From a virus (lineage: Duplodnaviria; Caudoviricetes), in IMG/VR virus record IMGVR_UViG_3300037484_000760, positions 1-50,959 of that record: a DNA stretch of 50,959 bases. One strand, 5' to 3'. Positions 30,203 through 39,350 of this stretch are shown here, one piece after another. Numbering within the stretch: the first letter of the stretch is position 1; every line of letters begins with the position of its first letter. Below the pieces are notes generated by a model. It made no database searches. It saw only the letters and a program-made list of their open reading frames with translations, and was not told where the DNA came from. The position numbers and the translations under genes were made by a program.

Positions 30203-30429
30203 CGGGAAACCTCCGTGCAGGATAGCATGTATTCGTCGATGCGGTTGAAGGTAATCCAGGGAGCAGAGAGAAAAGAGGGCTCGTGTCCCCAGTGATAAAA
30301 CCAGATAGAGCCAGGTTCAACCTCTGGGCGATAGTTTGGATTGAAGCGCTTATACGTCCAATCCTTCTCAAGCATAAGCTCTCTACCATACTTGTCTCGC
30401 TGACGCAAGCAGCCTATTTGGGACCTCAT
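30199..30429 (-). CDS. Hypothetical protein
   Basis: AGGAGG RBS before the ATG at 30429. Confidence 0.45.
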   Translation of the reverse strand: MRSQIGCLRQRDKYGRELMLEKDWTYKRFNPNYRPEVEPGSIWFYHWGHEPSFLSAPWITFNRIDEYMLSCTEVSR

Positions 30430-32869
30430 AGTTCCTCCTGTAAATGTCTTCAAGTTTTTTGGCCAACTCTTCCACGCTCGTCCCAGTGGAGAACTTAACT
30501 TTGATGAGGCCGTTAGGGTTGTCCTTGCCATGCTTGCCGAAGTTCAGGCCTATCTCGGTATCGACTGGGATTGAGAAAGAGTAGGGGCCCCAAGTTAGCT
30601 GGCGCTCCAGACTCTTCTTGAGTTGGAGCAGGACACGAGCATGAGCCTTCCATCCGTCGCTGACCTTCTTCTGAAACCAGATCGAGTCGTGGACGTTGTT
30701 TAGATACTCAATGTCAACTCCATGGTAGTAAGGTTCAATGATGCCGTAGCGGTTAAGGATCGCGGCGACGGAAGACTGGGGGATAAAGGAGTAGGCCACC
30801 TTAAAGAGTTCGTCTCCCCACTGATCGAGAAAAAGGCGGTTCCATCCGAAGAGGTTAGTAAGGATTCTATCCTTAGAAAGCTTTTCTCTAACCCAAGCGT
30901 GATAACGACGAACACCGGGATAAGCAGAATGATATCGTTCGCAGATGAACTTGGCATCAGCCTCAGGTATTTCATAATAGAAGGCGAACGTTTTATATCC
31001 GAGATCATAGTTAAGTCCGTGATTTGCTTTTTTACCCCAGAACCTCTCAGAATGCTGACCACCTCCGATTGGGCAAGATCCATCTTCATCACTTATTTCC
31101 TCCATAGGCTTGCCGAAAATTAGCGCAGCCGTCTGTCTGTGAATGTCTCGGCCAGATTCGAAAGCTTCGATCATGAGAGAGTCGGGGCTGATGTAAGCGA
31201 CGACCCTGTTCTCGGCTTGCGAAAGGTCCATCTGGTAACAGACGTAGGACTCGTCTGCTTCGATGAACTTTCTTACATCATAAGGTAGATTCTGAGTGTT
31301 TCCTCCGGTATCAAAGATAGTTTTGGAGCTACTAAGCCGAAGGGAGTCAGTTCCAACTGGATTAAAACTTGATCTAATTCGATCGTCAGTATCAAGCTGC
31401 ATTTCGAGGTAGGTGGATTGGCGTTTAGCCAGACCTCGTATCTCGCTGATGACTCGAGCCTCCTCAAAACCTTTGCGACTAAGTCTTTTGAGAGCGTCTC
31501 CATCAACAGTTGCTCCACCCGTCTTTCGATTAATGTACGGCTTAACTCCTTTGGTACCGTAGAAGTAGTCGCACAACTGTTTTGGGCTGGCGTGGTTGAT
31601 TTGACTTCCGGTAATACTCCAGAGCTTTTGCTCAAGTTCTCTGATTCGTTCTTCACTCTCTCTTGCCTCCTTATCTCTCGCCTTGACATTGACTCGCATA
31701 CCGCGCTCACTCATATAGATAAGCGGCTCGATCATTTTCGTCTGGGTTTCATAAGTCTCGTAATTCCCCAGGCGTTCGAGGTCTGTCTTGAGGCGGCCAA
31801 ATGCTTCGATGCAAACCAAACTATCCTTCGCGTTATAGAGCCAGAAGTCCCTCATGTTGCCGCCATACTTCATATGCTTCTTCCCTTCGTCCTTATAGTA
31901 AGGCTCTTTGGTGAAGATGGAAGTTATGAAGTCTAGGCCCTTGGGAAAGTCGGGGTACATGACAGCTTCGGCAATCATAGTATCATCGTAGTTATAGGTT
32001 TTGATCCCATACTTGCGATGGATAAAGGTCATGTCGAAGATGCCATTTTGGAAGTACTTCTTGATCGAGCTGTTGCCAAGGATAGCCTCAATCGAACTCC
32101 ATATAGCAGTCTCCTGATCAACAGCAAAGTAATCCTGTCCGTCGCCATAAAACGGTATGCTGATACCCAGAAAAGGCGTCGGTGCGAAACTGATACAAGA
32201 TATCTCTTCATTTGTCACCTCAATGTCGATCGCTACTTCAGGGCACTGCTTGACGTGTTCGAGGAAGTTCATGGAGTCGAGGAAGGACGGAGATATCTTT
32301 ATGTCCCTGATGACTCGTCGGATTTCAGGATAGAGGGATTCTTCTTTGACTCGCTTAAGGTCGAAGGTGATGAAGTGTCGGTAGACGTACATTCGGAGGG
32401 CAGCTGCTGGGTGGATGATAGGGATGACCTTTCTTCCAGGGAGGAGAGTTGATTCCAAAATAGACCCACGTCGTTTTGAGGAGGCCAGCAAGTTACATAG
32501 TGCGAACAGGGCTGTACCTCCAACAGCGACGATAACATTCGCTGAACAGTCTGAAAGCTCTTCTTTAAGTTCTGCCACATATGAGTCGAAGGCAGCTGAC
32601 TTGATGACTCCATTTCTTTTGACCTCGAAGAATGGGGTTATGTCGTTGCGGGGTGGGCGCTCCTTGACGACGTTAGTTAGATAGACCTCGTGACGGCCAA
32701 TGCCAGCGTTGTGCATGAGCTGAGTTAGGAGCGAACCAGACACGCCGACGAAAGGTTCGCCCATCTTCTCCTCTTGCGCGCCAGGAGCTTCGCCGACGAA
32801 GGCTATGGTGCAGTCAGTGCGTGGGCCAACTCCACGGACCCGCACAGTTGGAGAGTCGAAGAAGCTCAT
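30383..32869 (-). CDS. polA: Family A DNA polymerase with N-terminal uracil-DNA glycosylase-like domain and 3'-5' exonuclease
   Basis: UDG family-4-like GEAPG/PFVG/TNVVK/HPAA; Exo DIE/NGIFD/YNAKD; Pol motif A DLSQAENR, motif B KKANHGLNY, motif C VHDS. Confidence 0.95.
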   Translation of the reverse strand: MSFFDSPTVRVRGVGPRTDCTIAFVGEAPGAQEEKMGEPFVGVSGSLLTQLMHNAGIGRHEVYLTNVVKERPPRNDITPFFEVKRNGVIKSAAFDSYVAELKEELSDCSANVIVAVGGTALFALCNLLASSKRRGSILESTLLPGRKVIPIIHPAAALRMYVYRHFITFDLKRVKEESLYPEIRRVIRDIKISPSFLDSMNFLEHVKQCPEVAIDIEVTNEEISCISFAPTPFLGISIPFYGDGQDYFAVDQETAIWSSIEAILGNSSIKKYFQNGIFDMTFIHRKYGIKTYNYDDTMIAEAVMYPDFPKGLDFITSIFTKEPYYKDEGKKHMKYGGNMRDFWLYNAKDSLVCIEAFGRLKTDLERLGNYETYETQTKMIEPLIYMSERGMRVNVKARDKEARESEERIRELEQKLWSITGSQINHASPKQLCDYFYGTKGVKPYINRKTGGATVDGDALKRLSRKGFEEARVISEIRGLAKRQSTYLEMQLDTDDRIRSSFNPVGTDSLRLSSSKTIFDTGGNTQNLPYDVRKFIEADESYVCYQMDLSQAENRVVAYISPDSLMIEAFESGRDIHRQTAALIFGKPMEEISDEDGSCPIGGGQHSERFWGKKANHGLNYDLGYKTFAFYYEIPEADAKFICERYHSAYPGVRRYHAWVREKLSKDRILTNLFGWNRLFLDQWGDELFKVAYSFIPQSSVAAILNRYGIIEPYYHGVDIEYLNNVHDSIWFQKKVSDGWKAHARVLLQLKKSLERQLTWGPYSFSIPVDTEIGLNFGKHGKDNPNGLIKVKFSTGTSVEELAKKLEDIYRRNYEVPNRLLASARQVW

Positions 32870-33006
32870 ATGAGTCTCCTGTGGATGAAGTCTGAGATGA
32901 GGTCCTCTATTTCTATGTTCGTATACCAGATACGACACGGAGCACAATCGGTGTGCTTCTTGTTGTAGTGGAGCCGACCACAGACAGGACAGGTTATAGC
33001 TATCAT
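32866..33006 (-). CDS. 46-aa zinc-finger microprotein (not in the ORF track)
   Basis: MIAITCPVCG...DCAPCR; AAGGAGG RBS; ATGA overlap with polA. Confidence 0.6.
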   Translation of the reverse strand: MIAITCPVCGRLHYNKKHTDCAPCRIWYTNIEIEDLISDFIHRRLI

Positions 33007-33014
33007 ACGAAACC

Positions 33015-33041
33015 TCCTTAGGGTGAAATTTAACCGAAGTG
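33015..33041 (-). promoter_or_regulatory. 27-bp dispersed palindromic site #8
   Basis: TCCTTAGGGTGAAATTTAACCGAAGTG; the deviating end forms an RBS. Confidence 0.8.
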
Positions 33042-33043
33042 GG

Positions 33044-33625
33044 TTAGACTAATCCTCTACGTTGCATCTCATAGAAGCATCGTCTGGTAGCCCGAACGTC
33101 CTCGAGAGCATCATGAGCCCCTTCAAAGGTTTCGTTGAAGAGGAACTGGTAGAGTTCCATGAGCTTGGGCCACTTGTAGCCGAACTTGCCTGGTAGTTTG
33201 CAGAGGTTCGTGCTGTTGTTCATGGTACAGTAGAAGGCGCCGTTGCGGAAGAAGTTGTAGTGGTCGACGCGGTCGAGGCGGTGGAGAGCTATCATGATGA
33301 GCTTCTTGTCGAAGGATACGTTGTGGCAGACGATTAGGTCGGCGCGTTCTACCATGTTGATGAAGACGTTGAGAGTTTCTTCAGAGCGGAGACCAGTGGT
33401 GCGAATAATCTCGTCGGATATACCGTGGGCCTCGGCAGCTTTCGGATGCATCTTCCATTCCGGGTTCAGGTCGCTCGGGTCTATAACGCAGGAGAGCTGG
33501 GTGTAAATATGCTCTGCGTCGGAGAGGATGGCGCCCAGCTGAATGACGTCGGGCTGGTTAGGGTGAGTAGGTTCTTCCTTGAAAAGGGGAAGGCCAGTTG
33601 TCTCGGTGTCGAAAAACAGTTCCAT
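33044..33625 (-). CDS. DnaQ-like DEDDh 3'-5' exonuclease
   Basis: FDTETTG, HNVSFD and HDALED motifs. Confidence 0.92.
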   Translation of the reverse strand: MELFFDTETTGLPLFKEEPTHPNQPDVIQLGAILSDAEHIYTQLSCVIDPSDLNPEWKMHPKAAEAHGISDEIIRTTGLRSEETLNVFINMVERADLIVCHNVSFDKKLIMIALHRLDRVDHYNFFRNGAFYCTMNNSTNLCKLPGKFGYKWPKLMELYQFLFNETFEGAHDALEDVRATRRCFYEMQRRGLV

Positions 33626-33634
33626 TTATTCCTC

Positions 33635-35038
33635 CTATACTGGACCAAAGGTTAGAGCCTGACTGCTGGGAAGCGAAGCATACATCCCTGGAGTTCCTTC
33701 GCTCACCCTGATGGTATAGCCGTCTTTGTAAGGTTTGGAGAGGTCGTAGCCGAAGGCACTCATCTTGAGGTTCGCCCCGGCTAGGAGCGTGTTGCCAGAG
33801 CCGAGGAAAGGTATCATAAGCCGGGCTCCGGGCCAGCCAAAGGTGGAGAGGATATCTTGGATCAGTTCCACTGGACGCTCAGTCGGGTGAATCTTCTTCG
33901 TCGGCGGCACAGTGTTGTAAGTGAACACGTTGGAGCGGCCAGGGCGAGAGATTTGCGGAGTACCCTTCGAGGCGTAGTAGAAGTCCTCCTTCGCGTTGGC
34001 CAGGTAGCGCTCAGGACAGCGAGTTTGACCATTCGGCTTGGCCCACAGCCCACCTATGCGCTTGACGTTGAAGCCGTTATCTGCGATCATGCGGAAGATG
34101 ACTTCCTGCCAAGGTTCGCGGGCATACCAGAAGATGAGCCAGCTATGCTCGGACATAACTCGATAGACTTCCTTGAGGAGGTTATTGATGAAGGGGATGT
34201 AGATCTGCGGGTCGATCTCGTTGTAGTCACACTCGTCGTACTGCGCAGAGAAGTTTTCCATTCCCTTTTTCACGTTGTTCAGGTCGATAGCGTAAGGTGG
34301 GTCGATCTCGACAATGTCGCAAGATTTGTCGGGGAGTTCTCTGATGCCTTCCATACAGTCGCGGAGGATGTAGTTGGAGATGAGCTGGCTCTTGAGAGCG
34401 TCCATTCCGCCAGAGGCCTGCTTCCTGTCGATTTGGGCCAGGAGCTCGTTGTTAACTGCGATGTTCTGCAGCTTCTTTAGAAGTTTGTTGGCATCACTCT
34501 TGGTGGGCGCGTCAGCTAGCTGCGGTATGACTTTCATCATCTCAGCTAGGCGAATATCCTGGCTGACGCTCGGCCGGGAGGAGCCAAGGATGTCCGCGGT
34601 CTTCTTATGCGTCCACCCATCTTCGGCCTCCTTGTTAGCGTTGCCCTTGTCTATGACACGGCCATACTTGGCAGTCATCAGATCATTCAGCTCCTTCTTC
34701 ATCTTAACTTCTTCGGACCAGGAGAGGTCCTTCCGCTCGAGGTTTTCGATCAGCTCGATCTCTCGATAGAGGAGGTCGTCCAGGTCTGGGTCGTTGAAGA
34801 TACGGCAGGGCAGCTCAGTCATCTGGTTGATAGCAGTGGCTTGGAACCTTCGGCCGCCGGCCAGGAGCAGGTATGGCAGCTCTCCTTCTTTCAGCGGCGT
34901 TGGCCGTTGCCAGATTGCGATAGGTTGGATAAGCCCCTTCTCGCGAATCGAGGCAGCGAGTTGCTCCAAGTTGCCGTAGTCCTCTCTTCGGCGAGCGCCA
35001 AAGTCGATCTCGTTTCTGTTGATAATTCCTATGTCCAC
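33635..35038 (-). CDS. ParB-N domain fused to an N6A/N4C DNA methyltransferase (beta class)
   Basis: ParB: 'LAASIREKGLIQPI', 'AGGRR', 'ENLERKDL' plus HTH. MTase: DPPY, HPTERP, PFLGSG. Confidence 0.9.
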   Translation of the reverse strand: MDIGIINRNEIDFGARRREDYGNLEQLAASIREKGLIQPIAIWQRPTPLKEGELPYLLLAGGRRFQATAINQMTELPCRIFNDPDLDDLLYREIELIENLERKDLSWSEEVKMKKELNDLMTAKYGRVIDKGNANKEAEDGWTHKKTADILGSSRPSVSQDIRLAEMMKVIPQLADAPTKSDANKLLKKLQNIAVNNELLAQIDRKQASGGMDALKSQLISNYILRDCMEGIRELPDKSCDIVEIDPPYAIDLNNVKKGMENFSAQYDECDYNEIDPQIYIPFINNLLKEVYRVMSEHSWLIFWYAREPWQEVIFRMIADNGFNVKRIGGLWAKPNGQTRCPERYLANAKEDFYYASKGTPQISRPGRSNVFTYNTVPPTKKIHPTERPVELIQDILSTFGWPGARLMIPFLGSGNTLLAGANLKMSAFGYDLSKPYKDGYTIRVSEGTPGMYASLPSSQALTFGPV

Positions 35039-35040
35039 GG

Positions 35041-35214
35041 TTAGTTCTCCTTTAGATAGCCAAGACGCTTGGCTTCTTCGAAACGTAGTTTGAAGACATT
35101 CTTCATATGAGGCCAGAGTTTTTTCAGGCTCCTATATGACTGATGCCTTGTCTTGTCTGAGTTACCATAAGCATAGGAAAGCTTTCTTAACCACTTTGAT
35201 CTTGTGCCTCTCAT
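35041..35214 (-). CDS. 57-aa basic hypothetical protein (not in the ORF track)
   Basis: MRGTRSKWLRKL...; fills the gap and is coupled to its neighbours. Confidence 0.5.
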   Translation of the reverse strand: MRGTRSKWLRKLSYAYGNSDKTRHQSYRSLKKLWPHMKNVFKLRFEEAKRLGYLKEN

Positions 35215-35450
35215 CACTTTCCCCCTCTTGCCAGTTGTTCGAGCATCGCTAAGGCTTGCTGCGGAGATATGCCGGCGAGAGTTCGTTTCGCCGTCGCTTT
35301 CGACACCACCCCAGATTTCTCAGCCTTCTGTGCGCGCTCAATAGTTTGTTGTTTCACTTTGCGTCGGTTACTTCTGATCTCAAGAATGTGGCGGCGGAGC
35401 TCATCCTCGCTCATATCCTTGAGGCTTTGTCTTAGGGATGCTAGCCTCAT
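35214..35450 (-). CDS. Hypothetical protein
   Basis: AAGGAG RBS. Confidence 0.65.
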   Translation of the reverse strand: MRLASLRQSLKDMSEDELRRHILEIRSNRRKVKQQTIERAQKAEKSGVVSKATAKRTLAGISPQQALAMLEQLARGGK

Positions 35451-35461
35451 GAGAGGGCTCC

Positions 35462-35659
35462 TTATGGTATGAATACTGCAAGTTCGTAGTCGTCTTTTCT
35501 TACTTGGTAGAAGTATGGGCCGTATTCAGAACACTTAGAGTTGAGAAAGGCTGCTATCGCTACTGCGTAAGAAGGCTCTACGTTATCTGCGATACATTTC
35601 TCATCGTAGCCAGGAGTCTCTCCTGACCTGTCAAAGTTGTCTGTTCGAATTATCTTCAT
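35462..35659 (-). CDS. Hypothetical protein
   Basis: AAGGAG RBS. Confidence 0.6.
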   Translation of the reverse strand: MKIIRTDNFDRSGETPGYDEKCIADNVEPSYAVAIAAFLNSKCSEYGPYFYQVRKDDYELAVFIP

Positions 35660-35873
35660 GTTGAGGCTCCTTTAGGTGAATAGTGAAGCCATGTCGAGTG
35701 AGGAGGGCTAAAGAGATTGGCCCATGCTCCTTGACAATGGCAAGTAGTTCGCGAATAAAGATGAGGAAGAGATGAGTCTTCATGCCCCAAGGTATGTCTC
35801 GTTGGAGGGCGAGGTACTCTTCCTCGGGAATAGCTATGCTCAGGCGAGGTACCCAGGCAGGTTGATTGGTCAT
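35631..35873 (-). CDS. Hypothetical protein (possible ribbon-helix-helix)
   Basis: 'PRLSIAIPEEEYLAL' RHH-like start; GGAGG RBS. Confidence 0.55.
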   Translation of the reverse strand: MTNQPAWVPRLSIAIPEEEYLALQRDIPWGMKTHLFLIFIRELLAIVKEHGPISLALLTRHGFTIHLKEPQHEDNSNRQL

Positions 35874-35874
35874 G

Positions 35875-36063
35875 CTAGTCCTCCTCTAAAGCTTCCATGG
35901 CATCGCCATACCATTCCCAGTTGTCAACTCCTGCATTTTCAAGTGCAGTAAGCTTCCGTGCAGAGTGTTGAAGCTGCTCATATTCTTCTTTAGTGATTAT
36001 CATACAGTCTTGTTCGTCAACGAGCACCTCAACTCCACCAATAATATGAGTTGGTCTTTGCAT
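35875..36063 (-). CDS. Small phage protein with GVDNWEWY motif
   Basis: 'LTALENAGVDNWEWY' motif common in small phage early proteins. Confidence 0.7.
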   Translation of the reverse strand: MQRPTHIIGGVEVLVDEQDCMIITKEEYEQLQHSARKLTALENAGVDNWEWYGDAMEALEED

Positions 36064-36081
36064 ACTTAACCTCCTGAAGAT

Positions 36082-36112
36082 GAAAGAAAGGGCAGCTTGT
36101 TGAGGGCTGCCC
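36082..36112 (-). terminator. Rho-independent terminator after the SSB gene
   Basis: On - strand: GGGCAGC...GCTGCCC followed by TTTCTTTC. Confidence 0.7.
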
Positions 36113-36137
36113 AGTTCTCAGATTTTAGTTTTCGTGT

Positions 36138-36530
36138 TTACTTTGCTGTGATGAAGCGCTTGACGCGGTTCTGCTCGCCGTAGGTGGCGTCTTCTTCCAC
36201 ATCCAGGAGAGCCCAGCCAGTGGAGCCGACGAGGTTGTCTCCGAACTCGGGGCGCGAGAGGTCGAGGCCGAAGCAGAGGCAGAACTCCTTGACCTGATTG
36301 AGCTGGCGGATTTTCTTCTTCTCGTCAGTGGAAGCGTCGGGAAGATTGATCCAGTGGGAGATATCCTTGGAGGCCGGAGCGGATGGGATATCGAAGCGGA
36401 CCTGAATACCAGGGTTGCCCTTCGAGCTGATCTTCATCTCACAGCTGGTGATGCGCAGTTCGTATTCTTCGCCTGCGGGTACTACGTCAAGGGCCGGTAC
36501 GTCGTTCAAGTTGAAGTCGAGGAAAGACAT
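36138..36530 (-). CDS. DUF669-like single-stranded DNA-binding protein
   Basis: 'VPAGEEYELRIT...SSKGNP...QNRVKRF' OB-fold pattern, near Sak4. Confidence 0.75.
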   Translation of the reverse strand: MSFLDFNLNDVPALDVVPAGEEYELRITSCEMKISSKGNPGIQVRFDIPSAPASKDISHWINLPDASTDEKKKIRQLNQVKEFCLCFGLDLSRPEFGDNLVGSTGWALLDVEEDATYGEQNRVKRFITAK

Positions 36531-36672
36531 GGTGTTACTCCTTTCGTTGGTTAGCTGCGTTAGTAGGAAGGCCTCTTACCACTTAAGTAAAACGGATAAG
36601 AAGCAATTTCTTGTATCAGGGTTTGCTGTACTTGCTTGGCCGCAGCTACATCCATTCCCCATAGGGTGTAGC

Positions 36673-37047
36673 CTACTTGAAAGGGCGGGCCAGCAGGACC
36701 ACCTCGTCGCCGGCAAGTATGGCTGCGTTGACAGCAGGTGTTGCCGCCAGCGTCTGCTTCGCCGACTCCTCGTTACGAGCCAGGATGGTTGTCGGACCAG
36801 CGAGGATTTCAGTCGGCTGGCCCTTGTCATCTACACGAACTGCGATTACGTCGAAGATTTGTTTCATTGCTTGTTCCTCCTTTTCTATTAGAGTTTTCGT
36901 TATCCAAGGGTCGTCTATGACGAAGAAGTCCGCCCTCGCCCCTCTTACTGAGTTTCTGAAAGAGGCAACTCCTCTTCCATACTGAGCAGCAAAGTTATTC
37001 TTTTTATTCTCCTGTCTTTGCTTATACAACCATTCGTCAAAAGCCAT
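36673..37047 (-). CDS. Hypothetical protein (second in-frame start at 36867)
   Basis: RBS at both starts. Confidence 0.55.
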   Translation of the reverse strand: MAFDEWLYKQRQENKKNNFAAQYGRGVASFRNSVRGARADFFVIDDPWITKTLIEKEEQAMKQIFDVIAVRVDDKGQPTEILAGPTTILARNEESAKQTLAATPAVNAAILAGDEVVLLARPFK

Positions 37048-37061
37048 AAGTTACTCCTTCC

Positions 37062-37088
37062 CACTTCGGTTATTTTTTAACCCAAGCG
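37062..37088 (+). promoter_or_regulatory. 27-bp dispersed palindromic site #9
   Basis: CACTTCGGTTATTTTTTAACCCAAGCG; overlaps the Sak4 stop codon. Confidence 0.8.
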
Positions 37089-37882
37089 GGGTTATCCGCG
37101 TCGCTGATTCCAGCTTTCCGTAGAAGCGCTTTTATGTCGGGCTTCTCGTACGTGTCAAAGATTCCTCCCTTCCCCAGACGGGTCCGCGCTTTGTACATGC
37201 CACTGGGTTGGGTGAGAAGAGAGTATTCGATCCCTTCCTTCGTCTCCTTAGTGACCGCGGCATAGATTTCGTCGAACCATACTGGATATTTTCCCCTGCT
37301 GGATTTGCCAATGAAGTTGGGGCCGGCAAACATTCGGCCACTCACCTCGTCTTTGTCAACGTCTGTGTGGGCTATGAAGATGACGTCGCAAGGCAGAGCG
37401 AGAATGTCTTTCATTGCGGCACTGATCGCAGCCATGATGGGGTTGTAGTCCTGCTGATAAAGGTAGTCGCCGGCCCTATTTTTGGAGGCCAGGTACTGGT
37501 TAGCAAAGCAGTCGCTGAACGTGGTGACCGAGTCGATGACGTAAGTGCCGAGCTGTCCGAAGATGCCGTCACGCTTCCTTCGCTCGTACTCCTTCTCCCA
37601 ATCCTTAGCGACAGACGGCTTCTTGGGATTCTCCAGTTCCCAGCGAGTGTCAGCGTTGATCGCGCCTATGACCCAGCCATGGGTGATTCCGTTGATCTCG
37701 TCGCGCAGAGTCTTTGTCCCGCCAGGGTCGAAGCTGTCTATGAGGATAGGCAAGCGGGCGGTCTGAATGAGACGGGTCTTCCCGCTGCCCATGTCGCCAT
37801 AGATGAGGCCGTTGAACTTCTCCGTTTTCTCGGCTGTGTAGAGCGTTCGGAGTTTTTCTATTTCGCTGCTGAGTTCTAGCAT
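37070..37882 (-). CDS. Sak4-like AAA ATPase / recombinase
   Basis: YGDMGSGKT, VIDSVT, FIAH, 'ARTR' motifs. Confidence 0.85.
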   Translation of the reverse strand: MLELSSEIEKLRTLYTAEKTEKFNGLIYGDMGSGKTRLIQTARLPILIDSFDPGGTKTLRDEINGITHGWVIGAINADTRWELENPKKPSVAKDWEKEYERRKRDGIFGQLGTYVIDSVTTFSDCFANQYLASKNRAGDYLYQQDYNPIMAAISAAMKDILALPCDVIFIAHTDVDKDEVSGRMFAGPNFIGKSSRGKYPVWFDEIYAAVTKETKEGIEYSLLTQPSGMYKARTRLGKGGIFDTYEKPDIKALLRKAGISDADNPAWVKK

Positions 37883-38133
37883 GGGTCGGCCCCTTCTTCG
37901 TCGTTGATAGGGATTTTACCGCTAAGACACTCTTCGATATGACCAAGTATGAGAAGAGCTGTGTCGTGAGCGTCTTGTTCGGAGCCGAAGCCGCGGATGT
38001 AGCTGCTTCCGCCCCCAGCATCTTCCCCAACCTCAGTAACTGCGAAGACGAAGAAGTACTTCTGGGAGGCCAGTTCTTCTGAGATTGCGGCCTCGATCTT
38101 TTCAATGATTGCGTCTCGGTCTGTGGTAGCCAT
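37876..38133 (-). CDS. Hypothetical acidic protein
   Basis: AAGGAG RBS. Confidence 0.6.
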   Translation of the reverse strand: MATTDRDAIIEKIEAAISEELASQKYFFVFAVTEVGEDAGGGSSYIRGFGSEQDAHDTALLILGHIEECLSGKIPINDEEGADPC

Positions 38134-38184
38134 TTTCTTACTCTCCTTTCGTTTGATTTAAGGGCTTGCTGTGAGCGCCCTCCT

Positions 38185-39120
38185 TTAGAAGTTAACAACC
38201 TTATTCGCTTCCTTCTCCCTATCTCTCGGGTCCCACCTGTATTCGATGAACCCACTTGGAACCTGATCACAGTGTTGGAGCGGGTTAGGCCAGTTGATGC
38301 AGAAGTCATGGAAGGGGCAGCCGAAGTACTTGGTACAGTTGCCAGGGTTGCGTGGGAAAGCTTCCATGACGCCATCACTCTCGGTGCATCGTTGGATGCG
38401 GTCATACTGCTCTTCGATCAAGGTGAGCCAGTAAAGAACGTCAGCGTGCCAGGCGTCCATCGCCCTGGGCGTCTTTCGAACTGGGACCCGGACATGCTTG
38501 ATTTCTTTCTTCGTGAAGATAGACCCGTTGACGAGAGCTCCGCCGACCTCTTCAGGAGGGAACATACAGTAGAGGGCGTAGATGTATGTGCCCAGCTGTA
38601 TGGCTAGAGGCCATTGTTGGTACCAGCTGGAGCGGTCCGACTTTGTTGTTTTGTGTTCGAGGACGATGACTTTGCCTGTCTCCAGCTCGCGGAGAATAGC
38701 GTCAATGCGGAACGCTATGGAGAGGCCTTGGCTCATCATAACACTACCTGCGACCTCTGTATAGAGCACTTCGTACTTGTGCCGGTCGTCAGCGTTTTGG
38801 ATTGCATAGCTGAGGTAGCCGATCTGAGCGTACTGAGGATTCTTCGGAGCATAGTCGGCGTCAGTATGTTCGCCGAAGTGCTTGCGATAGTGATCGAGGA
38901 AGAGGCCGTGAGCAGCGAGGACTTCGTCTCGATGGTTGCCGTTCTTTGTCAAGTGCTCCATGCCGCGATGCCAGGCTTCGCCGAACTCGAGGTCGTGTCG
39001 AGGGAAGTCGGGAATCCAGTTGAGCACGAACTCGTAGAAGTACTTGCGCGGGCAGTCGAGGTAGGAGTTGGTCTTGGTTGAGTCGTCGCAACTTTGGCGC
39101 GTTATGAGATTTCCGTTCAT
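38185..39120 (-). CDS. PD-(D/E)XK exonuclease, Cas4-like
   Basis: CPRKY, GEAWH, RID..EHKT, QLGTY and C-terminal C..Y..CPF...C cluster. Confidence 0.88.
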   Translation of the reverse strand: MNGNLITRQSCDDSTKTNSYLDCPRKYFYEFVLNWIPDFPRHDLEFGEAWHRGMEHLTKNGNHRDEVLAAHGLFLDHYRKHFGEHTDADYAPKNPQYAQIGYLSYAIQNADDRHKYEVLYTEVAGSVMMSQGLSIAFRIDAILRELETGKVIVLEHKTTKSDRSSWYQQWPLAIQLGTYIYALYCMFPPEEVGGALVNGSIFTKKEIKHVRVPVRKTPRAMDAWHADVLYWLTLIEEQYDRIQRCTESDGVMEAFPRNPGNCTKYFGCPFHDFCINWPNPLQHCDQVPSGFIEYRWDPRDREKEANKVVNF

Positions 39121-39350
39121 CTATCCCTCCTTGCAGCTGTATACGCTGGAATAGACTGGAGCATAGTGGTACAAGTCTCAGCTATTCGTTGTAAGGTGCA
39201 GTTTAGGGAAGATAACTGTCCAGAAGTTGACTGCGTACGAAAGAAAGAGTTCTGTTCCGTTAAGATAGTAACATCTTTAACAAGAAGACGATTAGTCTCC
39301 TGTAACTCCTTGACCTGCTGCTGTAAGGCAGCTATTGTTATTCTAGCCAT
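39117..39350 (-). CDS. Coiled-coil hypothetical protein
   Basis: GGAGG RBS; heptad pattern. Confidence 0.55.
   Translation of the reverse strand: MARITIAALQQQVKELQETNRLLVKDVTILTEQNSFFRTQSTSGQLSSLNCTLQRIAETCTTMLQSIPAYTAARRDR

Noticed and set aside
36545-36672. Possible tRNA or ncRNA in the gap upstream of the SSB gene
   Set aside because: Only one hairpin (GCTACATCC...GGGTGTAGC) is present, with no cloverleaf or T-loop consensus.
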